Shown here: positions 54,944 to 64,000 of the stretch, piece after piece | Numbering within the stretch: position 1 is the stretch's first letter | Layout: every line of letters begins with the position of its first letter | Virus record (IMG/VR): IMGVR_UViG_3300009184_000038 | Span: 1-64,000 of that record | Length of the DNA stretch: 64,000 nucleotides | From: a virus | Reading direction: 5' to 3' (one strand) | Program-made: the position numbers and the translations under genes | Notes under the pieces: generated by a model | Told to the model about the DNA's origin: nothing | The model's input: only the letters and a program-made list of their open reading frames with translations | The model's database searches: none

Positions 54944-55305
54944 GGGGCCACCGCCGTGACGCTGCCGCTAATGATTGTTCGGGTGATCTCGCCGGGGGCA
55001 ATCCAGCGGAGATACCAGCGGTATGTCTGCGTCGGCGACAGCAGCTTGGTCTGCGCCTCAGAGAGTCCGATCACCATCGACCCCGTCGTCGGGTCTGGTA
55101 TGCCGATGGTCGGCTGCGTGATCGTAGTGCCGACGCCGCTCAAGGAGCCAGCGCCACCGCCCTCAGTGGTCGTGTCGCTTTGATAGATGTAGCTTTCCCA
55201 GGAATAGCCTGAAACATTCCGCTGGAGCGAAATGGAAATATTCCATTCATCTCCGCGAACCGCTCGCAAATTTAATTCACCTGGGAGCAGCGTGAAATCA
55301 GGCAA
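54940..55305 (-). CDS. Fibre adaptor-like protein (paralog of 42677-43000)
   Basis: FTLLPGELNL..VRGD...IGLSEAQT...W...RTIISGSV. Confidence 0.72.
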   Translation of the reverse strand: MPDFTLLPGELNLRAVRGDEWNISISLQRNVSGYSWESYIYQSDTTTEGGGAGSLSGVGTTITQPTIGIPDPTTGSMVIGLSEAQTKLLSPTQTYRWYLRWIAPGEITRTIISGSVTAVAP

Positions 55306-55313
55306 TTTTCACC

Positions 55314-55622
55314 TCAGTTCGTGGCCGATTCGCCAAACTGGCCCGACTTCTTAACAACCGCCTGCTTGATCTCTCGCTGGTCGGTCGCAATCGCCTGGAG
55401 GGTTTCCGCCTGCTTGAACTGGGTCTTGCCGATCTCGTCCAGAGTCTCTCGAGTTGAGTCCAGAAACTCGGTGTGAGACTTCACAATTGGCACTACAACC
55501 GTGCCGTGGAGCGTCACCGCGGCCTCTCGCATGAACCAGATGGCGACGGCCAAGAGGACAAGGGGCACTCCGAAACGCTCGGCCACGCGGAACGCGGCCT
55601 CCACGAAAGATTCGCTGCTCAT
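55314..55622 (-). CDS. Single-TM membrane protein (holin-like)
   Basis: ERFGVPLVLLAVAIWF followed by a coiled coil. Confidence 0.6.
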   Translation of the reverse strand: MSSESFVEAAFRVAERFGVPLVLLAVAIWFMREAAVTLHGTVVVPIVKSHTEFLDSTRETLDEIGKTQFKQAETLQAIATDQREIKQAVVKKSGQFGESATN

Positions 55623-55663
55623 CTGCGACTCCGCGACGACGAAAGATAGGCCGGTAGCCTATT

Positions 55664-56206
55664 CTAAATTGTAGCAGCGAAGAGCTGGCGTCTGAGGTCA
55701 TCCAGAGAGCCGGAGTTGTCGATGGTTCTGGCGATCATGTGGTCGCTCACCCCCGCCTCGCTCTGGTGGGCAGCGGCCTCGTCGGCAAGGCACCGCCAGC
55801 CCGGTCGGGCTACCCGCCACACCTCGCCGCCCGCGTCGATGACTGCCTGGGCCTCGTTGTCGAACCGCACGTCGGTGATGACGACGCCGCGCCCGACGGC
55901 CATCTCAGGCTTTGCTCGTTCCATCGTGATGCGAATCCAGATTTCTGGATGAATGGTGCCGCGCCCCCACTCGGTGCCGAGCGTCTGGAGCATCTGCCTG
56001 GGCGACTTTCCGAGCCACGGGATGATGGCCTCTTTCACGTCGCGATCCTTGAGTCTGGCGATCGGCAGACCAGTAATTGTCGAAAGACACTCGTAGAGCG
56101 GGTCGGCGAATGCCATCTGCACGAGCGCGCCGCCGTCGGAATCCAGAAGGAATTCTGCCACAGTGTTCTTTCCTGCCCCAGCCGGCCCGCAGAGTCCAAT
56201 CAGCAT
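55664..56206 (-). CDS. Deoxynucleoside monophosphate kinase
   Basis: IGLCGPAGAGKNT, FADPL, PRQMLQTLGTEWGR, ITDVRFDNE, HQSE. Confidence 0.92.
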   Translation of the reverse strand: MLIGLCGPAGAGKNTVAEFLLDSDGGALVQMAFADPLYECLSTITGLPIARLKDRDVKEAIIPWLGKSPRQMLQTLGTEWGRGTIHPEIWIRITMERAKPEMAVGRGVVITDVRFDNEAQAVIDAGGEVWRVARPGWRCLADEAAAHQSEAGVSDHMIARTIDNSGSLDDLRRQLFAATI

Positions 56207-56679
56207 GAGAAATCCCTCCCGTCGAAACGAACCGTGACCCCCACCGTGTCTGCCAAGAGTCTCTGGCTCACGCACGCCTCGGCCAGAATCTTTTCAGCAA
56301 GCTCCACCTTGAGCAGCCATCGCCCAGGCGTGGCGTTGCGGAGGGCGATCAGGCCGACGACTTCCTTGATGCCCGCCATGACGATCGCCCTGGCACAGTC
56401 AGTGCAGGCGAACCAGGGGCAGTAGAGTGTCCCGCCGGCCGTCGCCGCACCCGCCGCGGCGGCCTTGTAGATCGCCGCCCTCTCGGCGTGCTCAATGAAG
56501 TCGTACTTGAACGGCCGCTCGAGCCGGTGCGAGGGGCGGGCCACCCCAGGCGGGACGCAGTTGGCGGCGTAGACGGTCTGGCGGCTCGTCACGAGCACGG
56601 CCCCGTTCTGAGTGTCTTTGTCGTGAGAGTGCTGGACGGCATAGCGGCAGGCTTCTCGGAGGTAGTCGATGTCGGTCAT
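56200..56679 (-). CDS. dCMP deaminase
   Basis: HAERAAI...PWFACTDCARAIVMAGIKEVV zinc-binding motif. Confidence 0.88.
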   Translation of the reverse strand: MTDIDYLREACRYAVQHSHDKDTQNGAVLVTSRQTVYAANCVPPGVARPSHRLERPFKYDFIEHAERAAIYKAAAAGAATAGGTLYCPWFACTDCARAIVMAGIKEVVGLIALRNATPGRWLLKVELAEKILAEACVSQRLLADTVGVTVRFDGRDFSC

Positions 56680-57851
56680 TTTGTCGGCCCCGCGACGTGC
56701 ATGGCGGTGAGGCCACCCTCGGGGAGGTAGATGAAGGTTTCCATGCCTCGCCGAGAGCCCAGGTAGCCACTGGCCGCGTGCCACTCGTCGGCAGGGGCGA
56801 TGCTGGGGGCAGTCCGCAGGGTTACAGAGTCCTCTGATGCGATCATCTTCTCGGCGGCCTGCCCGTGCAGATGGCCCGTGTGGTATTCCCGATACCAGCA
56901 CTCAGCCCACTGCTTCGATGCCTCGATCGCCATCAGTGCTGGAAGTCGCTTTCGTGCGCGATCCCCGTGTGTTGCACCCAGTAGCGTCCCGCCCCATGAG
57001 ACGTACTGCCGGCGGGTGTAGTCATTCGACACCGCCACTCGCTCATCGTTGCGGAACCGCTCGCACAGGATTCGGCGAAACGCGGTCGACAGCATTTCGT
57101 CGTGATTGCCTGGAACGACGAGCACGTCGGTCTGAGCTGTTCGAGAAGCACGCTCGACAACCCCGATCAGAGCGCTGCACCCCGTGTTCCAGACTTTCTG
57201 AATTCGCCCGTCGTTGTCCTGGGGAGTCCCTGCCGTCGTCGCTCCCGCTGGGCCGTCGGAGTTGAAGAGGTCGCCGAGGAACAGGATCGTCCGTTTCGCT
57301 GGCTTGTAGGAGTCGCCGATGTCGATTAGCTCGTCCGTTGTTTCTCGGATGATCGTCTCGGCGATGTTCACGTCGAAGTCAGAATCACCAGTCGATTTTG
57401 ACCAGCAGTACCTACCAATATGGGCATCCGCGATTACCAGAACTTGCCAGAGGTCGCCTCGATCTTTCTTCTTGATTGCTTTCTGCTTCGTCCTGGGCAG
57501 ATTGGCACCCGCGATCATCGCCTCGACAGCTTCTCTGATACCTGGGCCAGCCTTGGGCTTGAGACGCACCCACACGCGGTGCAGCTCGGTCACGGTCGGC
57601 TCGCCATCGTCGCCGGCCGTCGCGACTTCCCATTTGGTCGCTTCAGATGCAGCTACATCGTAGGCCCGCATATCAGCTTCGATGTGCTGAAGGAGGTCTT
57701 CGACCGTCTTGATTCGCCGGCTCGTCGAACGCGCCTCGAGCACGTCGCCCTCGCGCCGCTGCGATACTTGTTCCGCGTCGGCGGCCGGCTTCGGCGTGGC
57801 GGCGGCTGCCGCGGCCGAGAGGATGTCGCCTGTCAGCCCTGCGTCAGCCAT
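56676..57851 (-). CDS. Calcineurin-like metallophosphoesterase
   Basis: ADAHIG, GDLFN, PGNHD, HGD, GHLH. Confidence 0.88.
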   Translation of the reverse strand: MADAGLTGDILSAAAAAATPKPAADAEQVSQRREGDVLEARSTSRRIKTVEDLLQHIEADMRAYDVAASEATKWEVATAGDDGEPTVTELHRVWVRLKPKAGPGIREAVEAMIAGANLPRTKQKAIKKKDRGDLWQVLVIADAHIGRYCWSKSTGDSDFDVNIAETIIRETTDELIDIGDSYKPAKRTILFLGDLFNSDGPAGATTAGTPQDNDGRIQKVWNTGCSALIGVVERASRTAQTDVLVVPGNHDEMLSTAFRRILCERFRNDERVAVSNDYTRRQYVSWGGTLLGATHGDRARKRLPALMAIEASKQWAECWYREYHTGHLHGQAAEKMIASEDSVTLRTAPSIAPADEWHAASGYLGSRRGMETFIYLPEGGLTAMHVAGPTK

Positions 57852-58078
57852 CTTTGCACCTGTCGCCATTTGGAGGGTGTGTAACCGCGTGCCGTGAGCT
57901 TCTCGACGATCGTCTTCGCCATCTGGCTGGCCGAGACGCCGGTCGAGCCGGAGGTCTTTCGCCACTGATCACGCACCGCCAGAACGGCGTCTTGATGCTC
58001 GCTTGACAGACCTTGGAACCAGCTTTGGTTTGCTGGCGACGGCTTTGCGCTTTCCAGAATCTCCGCTGCCAAGTCCAT
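57833..58078 (-). CDS. Hypothetical protein
   Basis: RBS AAGGAG; overlaps the phosphoesterase start. Confidence 0.6.
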   Translation of the reverse strand: MDLAAEILESAKPSPANQSWFQGLSSEHQDAVLAVRDQWRKTSGSTGVSASQMAKTIVEKLTARGYTPSKWRQVQRWLTQG

Positions 58079-58219
58079 CCGGCTTCTCCTTGAGGTGAAT
58101 CCACCCGTCGTCGTCTGGAATGCCGCCCCCCTCGACCTGTTCGTCGTCGTCATCGGAGAAGACGAAGTCTTTTGGTGGTTTCGGCATGGCCTACAGTCTC
58201 TCTTAGTAGTCTGTGGGGG

Positions 58220-58681
58220 TCAATGCTGGTTCTTGCGTGCATTCTTGATAGCACGATTTACTAGGAATCTGCCAGCAGCGTCCAGAAACGGCAGGCCGCG
58301 TTTTTCCGCCTGGACTCTAAGGTGAGCCACGATCTCGTCCATGCGAAGCTCGCATTCATCGCAGCCCCAGGCGTTCATCTGATGCGCCATCGCATTGCAG
58401 GGGCATGTGTCGGTTGCTGTGATTCTAAAAGGCCACCCCGCCAGGAGCTTTTTCAGCTCCGCGCCTGGGCCGTTCGCCATCCTGACCAGCTCGCTGAAGT
58501 CGCTTTCCTTGGGCGACAACCTTGAGCTAAGAGGGAATGCGGCGTGGCTCGTATCTATCGTCCACAGGTCTCCGTCTTGCGACACAACGCACGGCATAAC
58601 CTCGTCAAGAGAGTAGCCGCGCTCCTCGCAGCGGGATTCAAGGTGCATTCTGTGACATTTGACTATGGCAGGGGATTGCAT
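58220..58681 (-). CDS. Cys-containing tail-associated protein
   Basis: GPGAELKKLL...CPCN...MNAWG... Confidence 0.7.
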   Translation of the reverse strand: MQSPAIVKCHRMHLESRCEERGYSLDEVMPCVVSQDGDLWTIDTSHAAFPLSSRLSPKESDFSELVRMANGPGAELKKLLAGWPFRITATDTCPCNAMAHQMNAWGCDECELRMDEIVAHLRVQAEKRGLPFLDAAGRFLVNRAIKNARKNQH

Positions 58682-58905
58682 GGGTTTGGTGCGCAAGGCA
58701 CTCCTTGTCCTAAAAATACTTCGCCGCTTCCGCTGCAAGCGCACGGCCTGGTTTGCCTGCAAATGACCCTGTTGCTACAGCACGCGCCAGACTGACCGCA
58801 CTTGCCTTCGCATTCCTGCTGGGTTGAATACCGCGAGCCATCGGTTTTGCCGTGAATGACGCTGCCACCACCGATCGGTAATTCGTCCGCTTTATAGCAA
58901 GGCAT
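58663..58905 (-). CDS. Small Cys-rich protein (GACC motif)
   Basis: MPCY...GACC...C..C...FLGQGVPCAPNPC. Confidence 0.7.
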   Translation of the reverse strand: MPCYKADELPIGGGSVIHGKTDGSRYSTQQECEGKCGQSGACCSNRVICRQTRPCACSGSGEVFLGQGVPCAPNPCNPLP

Positions 58906-58922
58906 TTTATGGTATCCAGTAA

Positions 58923-59486
58923 CTATTTGCTGATGGTTACGTCAACGCAGGCGTAAACGCTCCACTGCCTGCCAGCGCCAGTTACTTTTATTGCAGAGCC
59001 ATTTCGGAGTAGCTCAAAGGCCGCCCGAATATCAAACCGCCGCCCTACGTTGGAACAAATGTCATAATCACCCAAGAAGACGCCCTCCATGCTCATGTCG
59101 CCGCCGGAAAAAAAGAACCAGTAGAATGTGCCCAGCGTTGGCGGCCAGCGGCCAGCGGTCATCCTGATGCTGACGCCCTGGGAGTAACTGTAGTTCACGC
59201 AGTTGCCAGCAATTGCGCCTTCAATCAATCGATTTGTTCTCGGCTCAAGTCGCTTGAACGGCCCGTATACGTCTTGCTTCAGGGAGTAAGACCCTTCAAT
59301 GGTGGCAAATCGAAAAAGGTCTGGCGGTGCGTACAGTCTTCCGCCTGAGAATTCACCGCCAACGTCATTTTGATCGCAATAACGAAGATTACTGAACGCG
59401 AGTGTAATAGAGCTGGGTGGTGTACTACCGTTTGGACAACAACAGTCAACACATAGCCAGCCGGGGTCGCAGCAAGGACACGCCAT
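58923..59486 (-). CDS. Protein with Cys-rich N-terminus
   Basis: MACPCCDPGWLCVDCCCP. Confidence 0.7.
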   Translation of the reverse strand: MACPCCDPGWLCVDCCCPNGSTPPSSITLAFSNLRYCDQNDVGGEFSGGRLYAPPDLFRFATIEGSYSLKQDVYGPFKRLEPRTNRLIEGAIAGNCVNYSYSQGVSIRMTAGRWPPTLGTFYWFFFSGGDMSMEGVFLGDYDICSNVGRRFDIRAAFELLRNGSAIKVTGAGRQWSVYACVDVTISK

Positions 59487-59487
59487 G

Positions 59488-60393
59488 TCAAATCTCCAGA
59501 GATATGAAGGTGGCCGTGTAAGTTCCTGTCATTATCGTTGCGGTCTCCGTTTTGGCCGAGGCCAGAATCGTCGCGGATTGCGTGTTCGCCAGCGACACGA
59601 TCGTCGCGGTCTGCAACGCCCCCGCAGTCCTGAAAGTCGTCGTCGTGGGGTCGTTGGCGACCTTGAACGTCGTCGTCTGCGGGTTGTTGGCGACCTTGAA
59701 CGTCGTCGTCTGCGGGTCGTTTGCCGTCTTGATTTTTGTCCTAGCGGTATTGACTGTGATGCTACAGTTAGAGGTATTTAGATAGGCGCTGACGCTTGCA
59801 ATAATATCGACCTCGGAAACAGACGACACATACGTTAGGGACTTCTCTGTGACCGAACTGACGTGCGTGAGTGACAACTCCGTGATCGAACTGACGTGCG
59901 TTATCGTCCTTTCCTCACCTGCGCCAGCGAAGTTTATGGTCTTAGTATCTGCGGAGCTAATGAATGTTATTGTTTGTGGATTAGCCGCGCCTATGTAAGT
60001 GATGTCCCGCGTGGCCGTTGCCATGATCGCCGTCTTCGACGACATCTGGAACGAGACGAGATACCACTGGGTGCCGTCTTTGGCGATGTTGACGATGCGG
60101 CTGGTCGCAGTGCTCTGCGGAGACGGCAGGCTGACGAGCTTGTTCAGGACGCTGACGGTGTTTGGCGTGCTGGTGATGCCGTAGAACTTCACGCTCTTGG
60201 AGGAATCGATGGGCCATGCGCCGGTGGCCGTGCAGACGCGGAAGACTTTTGGCGAAAAGCTAGTGCCGCCGTCTTCCAGCGCAGTCGGAATGCGGCTTAT
60301 CGGCCCACCGAAAGGGATGGACTCCACCTTCGCGATCGTGCTTTTCAGCTTCTCGCGGAGACTCTCTCCGATAAGGTATTTGCCGTCAGGCAT
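59488..60393 (-). CDS. Tail protein with two mirrored blocks of 11-aa repeats
   Basis: 33-bp tandem repeats at about 59620-59730 and 59820-59900. Confidence 0.72.
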   Translation of the reverse strand: MPDGKYLIGESLREKLKSTIAKVESIPFGGPISRIPTALEDGGTSFSPKVFRVCTATGAWPIDSSKSVKFYGITSTPNTVSVLNKLVSLPSPQSTATSRIVNIAKDGTQWYLVSFQMSSKTAIMATATRDITYIGAANPQTITFISSADTKTINFAGAGEERTITHVSSITELSLTHVSSVTEKSLTYVSSVSEVDIIASVSAYLNTSNCSITVNTARTKIKTANDPQTTTFKVANNPQTTTFKVANDPTTTTFRTAGALQTATIVSLANTQSATILASAKTETATIMTGTYTATFISLEI

Positions 60394-61487
60394 TAGGAGA
60401 ACCACCGAATGCCGAAGTTGGAGAAGTTGCTTCCGAACGCCATCTCTGGCTGGATGCAGATGCGGTTGATCAAAACCTTCTGGGATATCGGAAATGCTCG
60501 CGTGTTCCGCGGGGTGCCGTCGTCATTGAGCGCCACGGGCTGCGCGGATGGCCTCTGAGTCCATCCGCCTTGGCTTGCGGGAACCGTAACCATCGCCCTT
60601 GTTCTTTTGGTTTGAGTTCCAAAAGCGTATGTTTGTGGAGTTCCTTCACTGTTAAGCTGAACTTTTCCGCTCTCGTCATGCTGAAGAGTCAGGGATTCGA
60701 TGTCAACTTGATCTGGAGACGACAGGCCGTAGTTAATGATATTAAACCCAGTCTGCGGCACGGCCATGTCCCATCCGATTGCCTGAAAACCATCTCGCGT
60801 GATCGTCCAGTGCGCTCGCACGGCAAAGCAGAATGTCACCTTGAACCCGCGAAACGTCGTGTCGCCGAACTGCTCGACCACGGCGCTCGAGGAAATACTT
60901 TGCAGCATACAGCAGTGAATCCCGACTGAGAGATTGCTGAAGTTGAATGCGTCACTGTTCACATAGCCGCAGTAGGCGAGCAACTGGCTCATGTCGCTAT
61001 AGGAATACTGGTCGATGTTGATGTTCACGACCGGCTCAAGCCGCGTCACGCCGTCAACGAGATCGCCGACTGGGTTGACCGCTGGAATCCATGAGCCAGA
61101 CACGCCGCCCGACACAGGCGCTCCGCCCCACGCTGCGATCTCTGTCAGCGACGTAGTCATCGAATAGAGCGCGGGCCGCTGAGTCGGTGGTTGCCGCCCG
61201 GGGTCTGTGCCGCCGATGCCTGCGGTCGTCCGATATTGAGCCGTGACGATCCGCACCATGCGGCTCTCGCCGTCTGCCTTGACATCCAGGCTGACGCACG
61301 GGATCGGGTTAGCCGACCCAAGCGGGTCGCCGATGTTGACGCCGACGGCCTGCGAGATGATGAACGCCTCGTCTGGCGAGTTAAGGAGAATCTTCCACGT
61401 TCGCGTTGCCTGATCGGCCAGCGAGCCGCCTTCCGCGCTGCGGCTGAAGGATTTGCCCTGCGCGAGTTCGGTAACCATCTTGGGCAT
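60393..61487 (-). CDS. Tail protein downstream of the tape measure gene
   Basis: Position; coupled to the tape measure gene. Confidence 0.65.
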   Translation of the reverse strand: MPKMVTELAQGKSFSRSAEGGSLADQATRTWKILLNSPDEAFIISQAVGVNIGDPLGSANPIPCVSLDVKADGESRMVRIVTAQYRTTAGIGGTDPGRQPPTQRPALYSMTTSLTEIAAWGGAPVSGGVSGSWIPAVNPVGDLVDGVTRLEPVVNINIDQYSYSDMSQLLAYCGYVNSDAFNFSNLSVGIHCCMLQSISSSAVVEQFGDTTFRGFKVTFCFAVRAHWTITRDGFQAIGWDMAVPQTGFNIINYGLSSPDQVDIESLTLQHDESGKVQLNSEGTPQTYAFGTQTKRTRAMVTVPASQGGWTQRPSAQPVALNDDGTPRNTRAFPISQKVLINRICIQPEMAFGSNFSNFGIRWFS

Positions 61488-64000
61488 TAGAGGAGGACTC
61501 CTGGGTTGTTGGCCTTGAGGTCGTTCCTAATGTCCTCAAGGTATCCCGACTGCTTCTTCAGCTCTGCCAAATTCACGTCCTTCGCCGAGTCGTCGCCTCG
61601 AATGAGGCGAGTGAGTTCGCTGGCACCCTGGCTCGTGGATACGTCGGAGACGTTGAGGGCAGCTCGGGACGGGCCTTGGAGCATGGCGGTCTGCCGCTCG
61701 TCTTGGAATCCCTTGAGCATGGGGGCGACGGATTCCATCTGATTTCGGAATGCTTGTCGGAGGAACTTGTTCGGGTCTTCGCCGGCCGCTCTCATTTGGG
61801 CGGCGCGTTCGTTGATGTCGGCCCCTGCGCCTTCGGTGTATTCCTTGCGGAACCGCTCGCGGTCGGTCAGGCCGAGGTCGCGCCCGCGGAGGGCGCGGTC
61901 TCGTTGGTTCTGGGCGATCCGCTCGTCGTCGATGGCCTTTCGTTCGTCGCGGGTGCCGGCGTCTATGGCACCCTCGTTCTCGCCGCGCATCCTGCGGTTC
62001 TCTTCCTGAATGCGATCTCTCTCTGCTATCTCTAGGCCGGTTAGCCCCCCCTTGGCCTCCTTTTCGGCTAGATCAGCCAAACGCCTGTCATTCGCCGCGA
62101 TCGATCTGTTGTTAGCCGCGACGGCCGGGTCTTTATCAATCTCTTTTCGCCGATTGTCCAGATTGTCCTGCAACTCCTGGGCGCGCTGGCGGTCGCTGCG
62201 GAGCCGTGCATCGGCCTCGTCTCGCTCGCGTCGGTTCTTCTCGTTGGGGTTATTGATGTACCGCTGCTCGGCCTCTGCCGCCTGCCGCTCGCTGTCGGCG
62301 ATGATTTGATTCGTGGCATCCATGCGCCGCTTGAAAGTCGGGTCTTCGGCGGCTCGCTGACGACCCTTTTCAAGCTCCTTCTCGCGAGCCAAGATGCCGT
62401 TGTTGATGGCGTCAAGCTGCTTGCGTTCGGCCTCCGTCAGCCGGGTGGTTATCATTTCACGCTGCCGGATCAGCTCGATCTCTCGCTTTGTCGCGGCATC
62501 CAGCTCCGCGCTCTCTGCCTGATTGAGACCGCCGCCGATCCTGTCTTTTGCCTCAAGTTCTTGACGGCGTTGATTAATCTCCTCGAGTTCGCGGTTGACC
62601 GGCCGCATAAACGGGCTCTGCCGAATCGCGCGACGACGATTGTCCACGTCTGCCTGGGCGATTCCGACCGCTGCTCGGTCGTTGATCAACCGCTCCTCTG
62701 CCGCGTCCCGTGCCTCGCGGCCGCCGGCACGCAGTGGGTTCTCCTCGAACGCCCGCTGCGCTGCATCCGCGCCCTGCTCGGATCGCTGCAACGCCGAATC
62801 GCCGATTTTGCGAATGCGGGTCAGTGCGGCCTCGATGCCAGCGGCGGCCTCGGCCAAGGCGGCGGCGGCCTCGGAGGCTTTCTGGGAAAGCTCAAGGCTA
62901 GCTCCAGCGGCGCTGCTTGCGGCCTCTGCGGCTCTCAGGTCTGCTTCGGCCTTTTCGACGGCAGCGTCGGCAGCCGCTGTGTCGCCGCCGGCATCCATAA
63001 CTTTTTGCAGCTCTGCCCTGGCGTCCCTAAGTTGCTGCTGCCTATCACCGACGCTTGCTGCGCTCCTCTCCACGTTCCGGCGTGCCACAAGCTCTGCGTC
63101 GGCCGCCGCGCGGCCTCTCGCGATTAGGCCCGCGCGTTCGTTCCTGAACCGCTCGTTGCCCTCGAGCGATGCCGTCGCTTGAGTGAGCCGCTCGCCGCCC
63201 ATCGACCGACCAAGACGCACTTCCCTGGCTCTTGATTCCGTTTCGGCCTGCTTGATGCGGACTGCGGCAACTTGCTTCTCGGCGTCCTTCGCCAAGGCTT
63301 CTCGCTGCGCTGGATCGCTCGTCTCTGCCGCCATCTCAACCGACCGCGCGAGTTTTGCATTCGCTTCCGTCAAGTCTGAGGCAAGCGAGTCAAGCTCTTG
63401 CTGGAACCTTGCAGCCCCTGGGACGCCGCGGCTAATCGCGTCGGCAACATCTTCTTGAGACTCGCGAATGAATCGCGCGGCCTCTTCTGACGCAGACGCA
63501 ACCTTCAGGGCCATGTCGTCAATGGCCTTCTGGAACGGCGATTCAAGCTGGTCTAGGAGCGACTGGAGTCTGCGAACGGTCTCGCCGAAGCCGTACTCTC
63601 CCCTGTCGGCCTGCGGCTGCAACTGGCCGATAAGTTTCTCAATGACATCTCGCTGCGACGAATACGAGTCATCGACCCCTGCCGTCATTTCTCTAGCGCG
63701 GCGCTCTCGCTCTTCTTGAGGAACGGCCTCGCGGCCGGTCGTTGTTCTACGAGTCTGTGGGATGTTCCTAAGAACTTCCTGAAACAACACTTCGCGAAGC
63801 TGGCCCGCTCCGTTTATCTCGCCCGTACCAGACCTTACGCCGATATTCGGGGCGGCGGGAAGCTGCGGCGGACGGTTCGCAAGAACCCTCGGCAAATCCC
63901 GGTTGATTGCCTCGGCCTGTTGAATTCGCCGCGACAGGCCGATGCGAACCCCTTGGTCTGTTTCTGTCTCAAGCTGCTTCCTGTCTCGGGATATGTTCGC
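61487..64000 (-). CDS. Tape measure protein, C-terminal part (start beyond the window)
   Basis: Over 800 aa of A/E/R-rich helical sequence directly upstream of the tail genes. Confidence 0.8.
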   Translation of the reverse strand, partial: ANISRDRKQLETETDQGVRIGLSRRIQQAEAINRDLPRVLANRPPQLPAAPNIGVRSGTGEINGAGQLREVLFQEVLRNIPQTRRTTTGREAVPQEERERRAREMTAGVDDSYSSQRDVIEKLIGQLQPQADRGEYGFGETVRRLQSLLDQLESPFQKAIDDMALKVASASEEAARFIRESQEDVADAISRGVPGAARFQQELDSLASDLTEANAKLARSVEMAAETSDPAQREALAKDAEKQVAAVRIKQAETESRAREVRLGRSMGGERLTQATASLEGNERFRNERAGLIARGRAAADAELVARRNVERSAASVGDRQQQLRDARAELQKVMDAGGDTAAADAAVEKAEADLRAAEAASSAAGASLELSQKASEAAAALAEAAAGIEAALTRIRKIGDSALQRSEQGADAAQRAFEENPLRAGGREARDAAEERLINDRAAVGIAQADVDNRRRAIRQSPFMRPVNRELEEINQRRQELEAKDRIGGGLNQAESAELDAATKREIELIRQREMITTRLTEAERKQLDAINNGILAREKELEKGRQRAAEDPTFKRRMDATNQIIADSERQAAEAEQRYINNPNEKNRRERDEADARLRSDRQRAQELQDNLDNRRKEIDKDPAVAANNRSIAANDRRLADLAEKEAKGGLTGLEIAERDRIQEENRRMRGENEGAIDAGTRDERKAIDDERIAQNQRDRALRGRDLGLTDRERFRKEYTEGAGADINERAAQMRAAGEDPNKFLRQAFRNQMESVAPMLKGFQDERQTAMLQGPSRAALNVSDVSTSQGASELTRLIRGDDSAKDVNLAELKKQSGYLEDIRNDLKANNPGVLL

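Noticed and set aside
39711-55305. Diversity-generating retroelement acting on fibre genes
   Set aside because: No reverse transcriptase motif and no template/variable repeat pair differing at adenines was seen.
1-64000. tRNA or rRNA genes
   Set aside because: No cloverleaf or rRNA-like segment was recognised by eye; a tRNAscan run would be needed to exclude them fully.

Overview
The window is most of the genome of a GC-rich tailed dsDNA phage (HK97-type head, probably temperate), opened inside the structural operon. Both window ends are truncated genes: the prohead protease at the left and the tape measure protein at the right. The major capsid and neck genes are outside the window. Most genes are on the minus strand. 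In reading order these are the tape measure protein, Cys-rich tail genes, a phosphoesterase/dCMP deaminase/dNMP kinase trio, and two parallel fibre modules including a 2972-aa collagen/Ig/RCC1 giant. A plus-strand tyrosine recombinase interrupts the run. Next come SNF2 helicase, Prim-Pol, UvrD-like helicase, CsrA, a cytosine methyltransferase with many repeated modules and a nested beta-subunit gene, PhoH, a mosaic paralog array and VRR-NUC. These are followed by a methyltransferase with two glycosyltransferases, membrane proteins with a papain-like peptidase, and a small HNH. An 8.3-kb plus-strand island (5.8-14.0 kb) separates that HNH from HNH/terS/terL/portal. The island has sigma70-like promoters, a start-associated repeat before most genes, a non-coding array of the same motif family and strong CCGG depletion. 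A full-length bacterioferritin homologue with a degenerate ferroxidase centre sits between portal and protease. A Planctomycetota-like host is suggested by gene content (inference only). All calls come from reading motifs by eye; no database searches were run.
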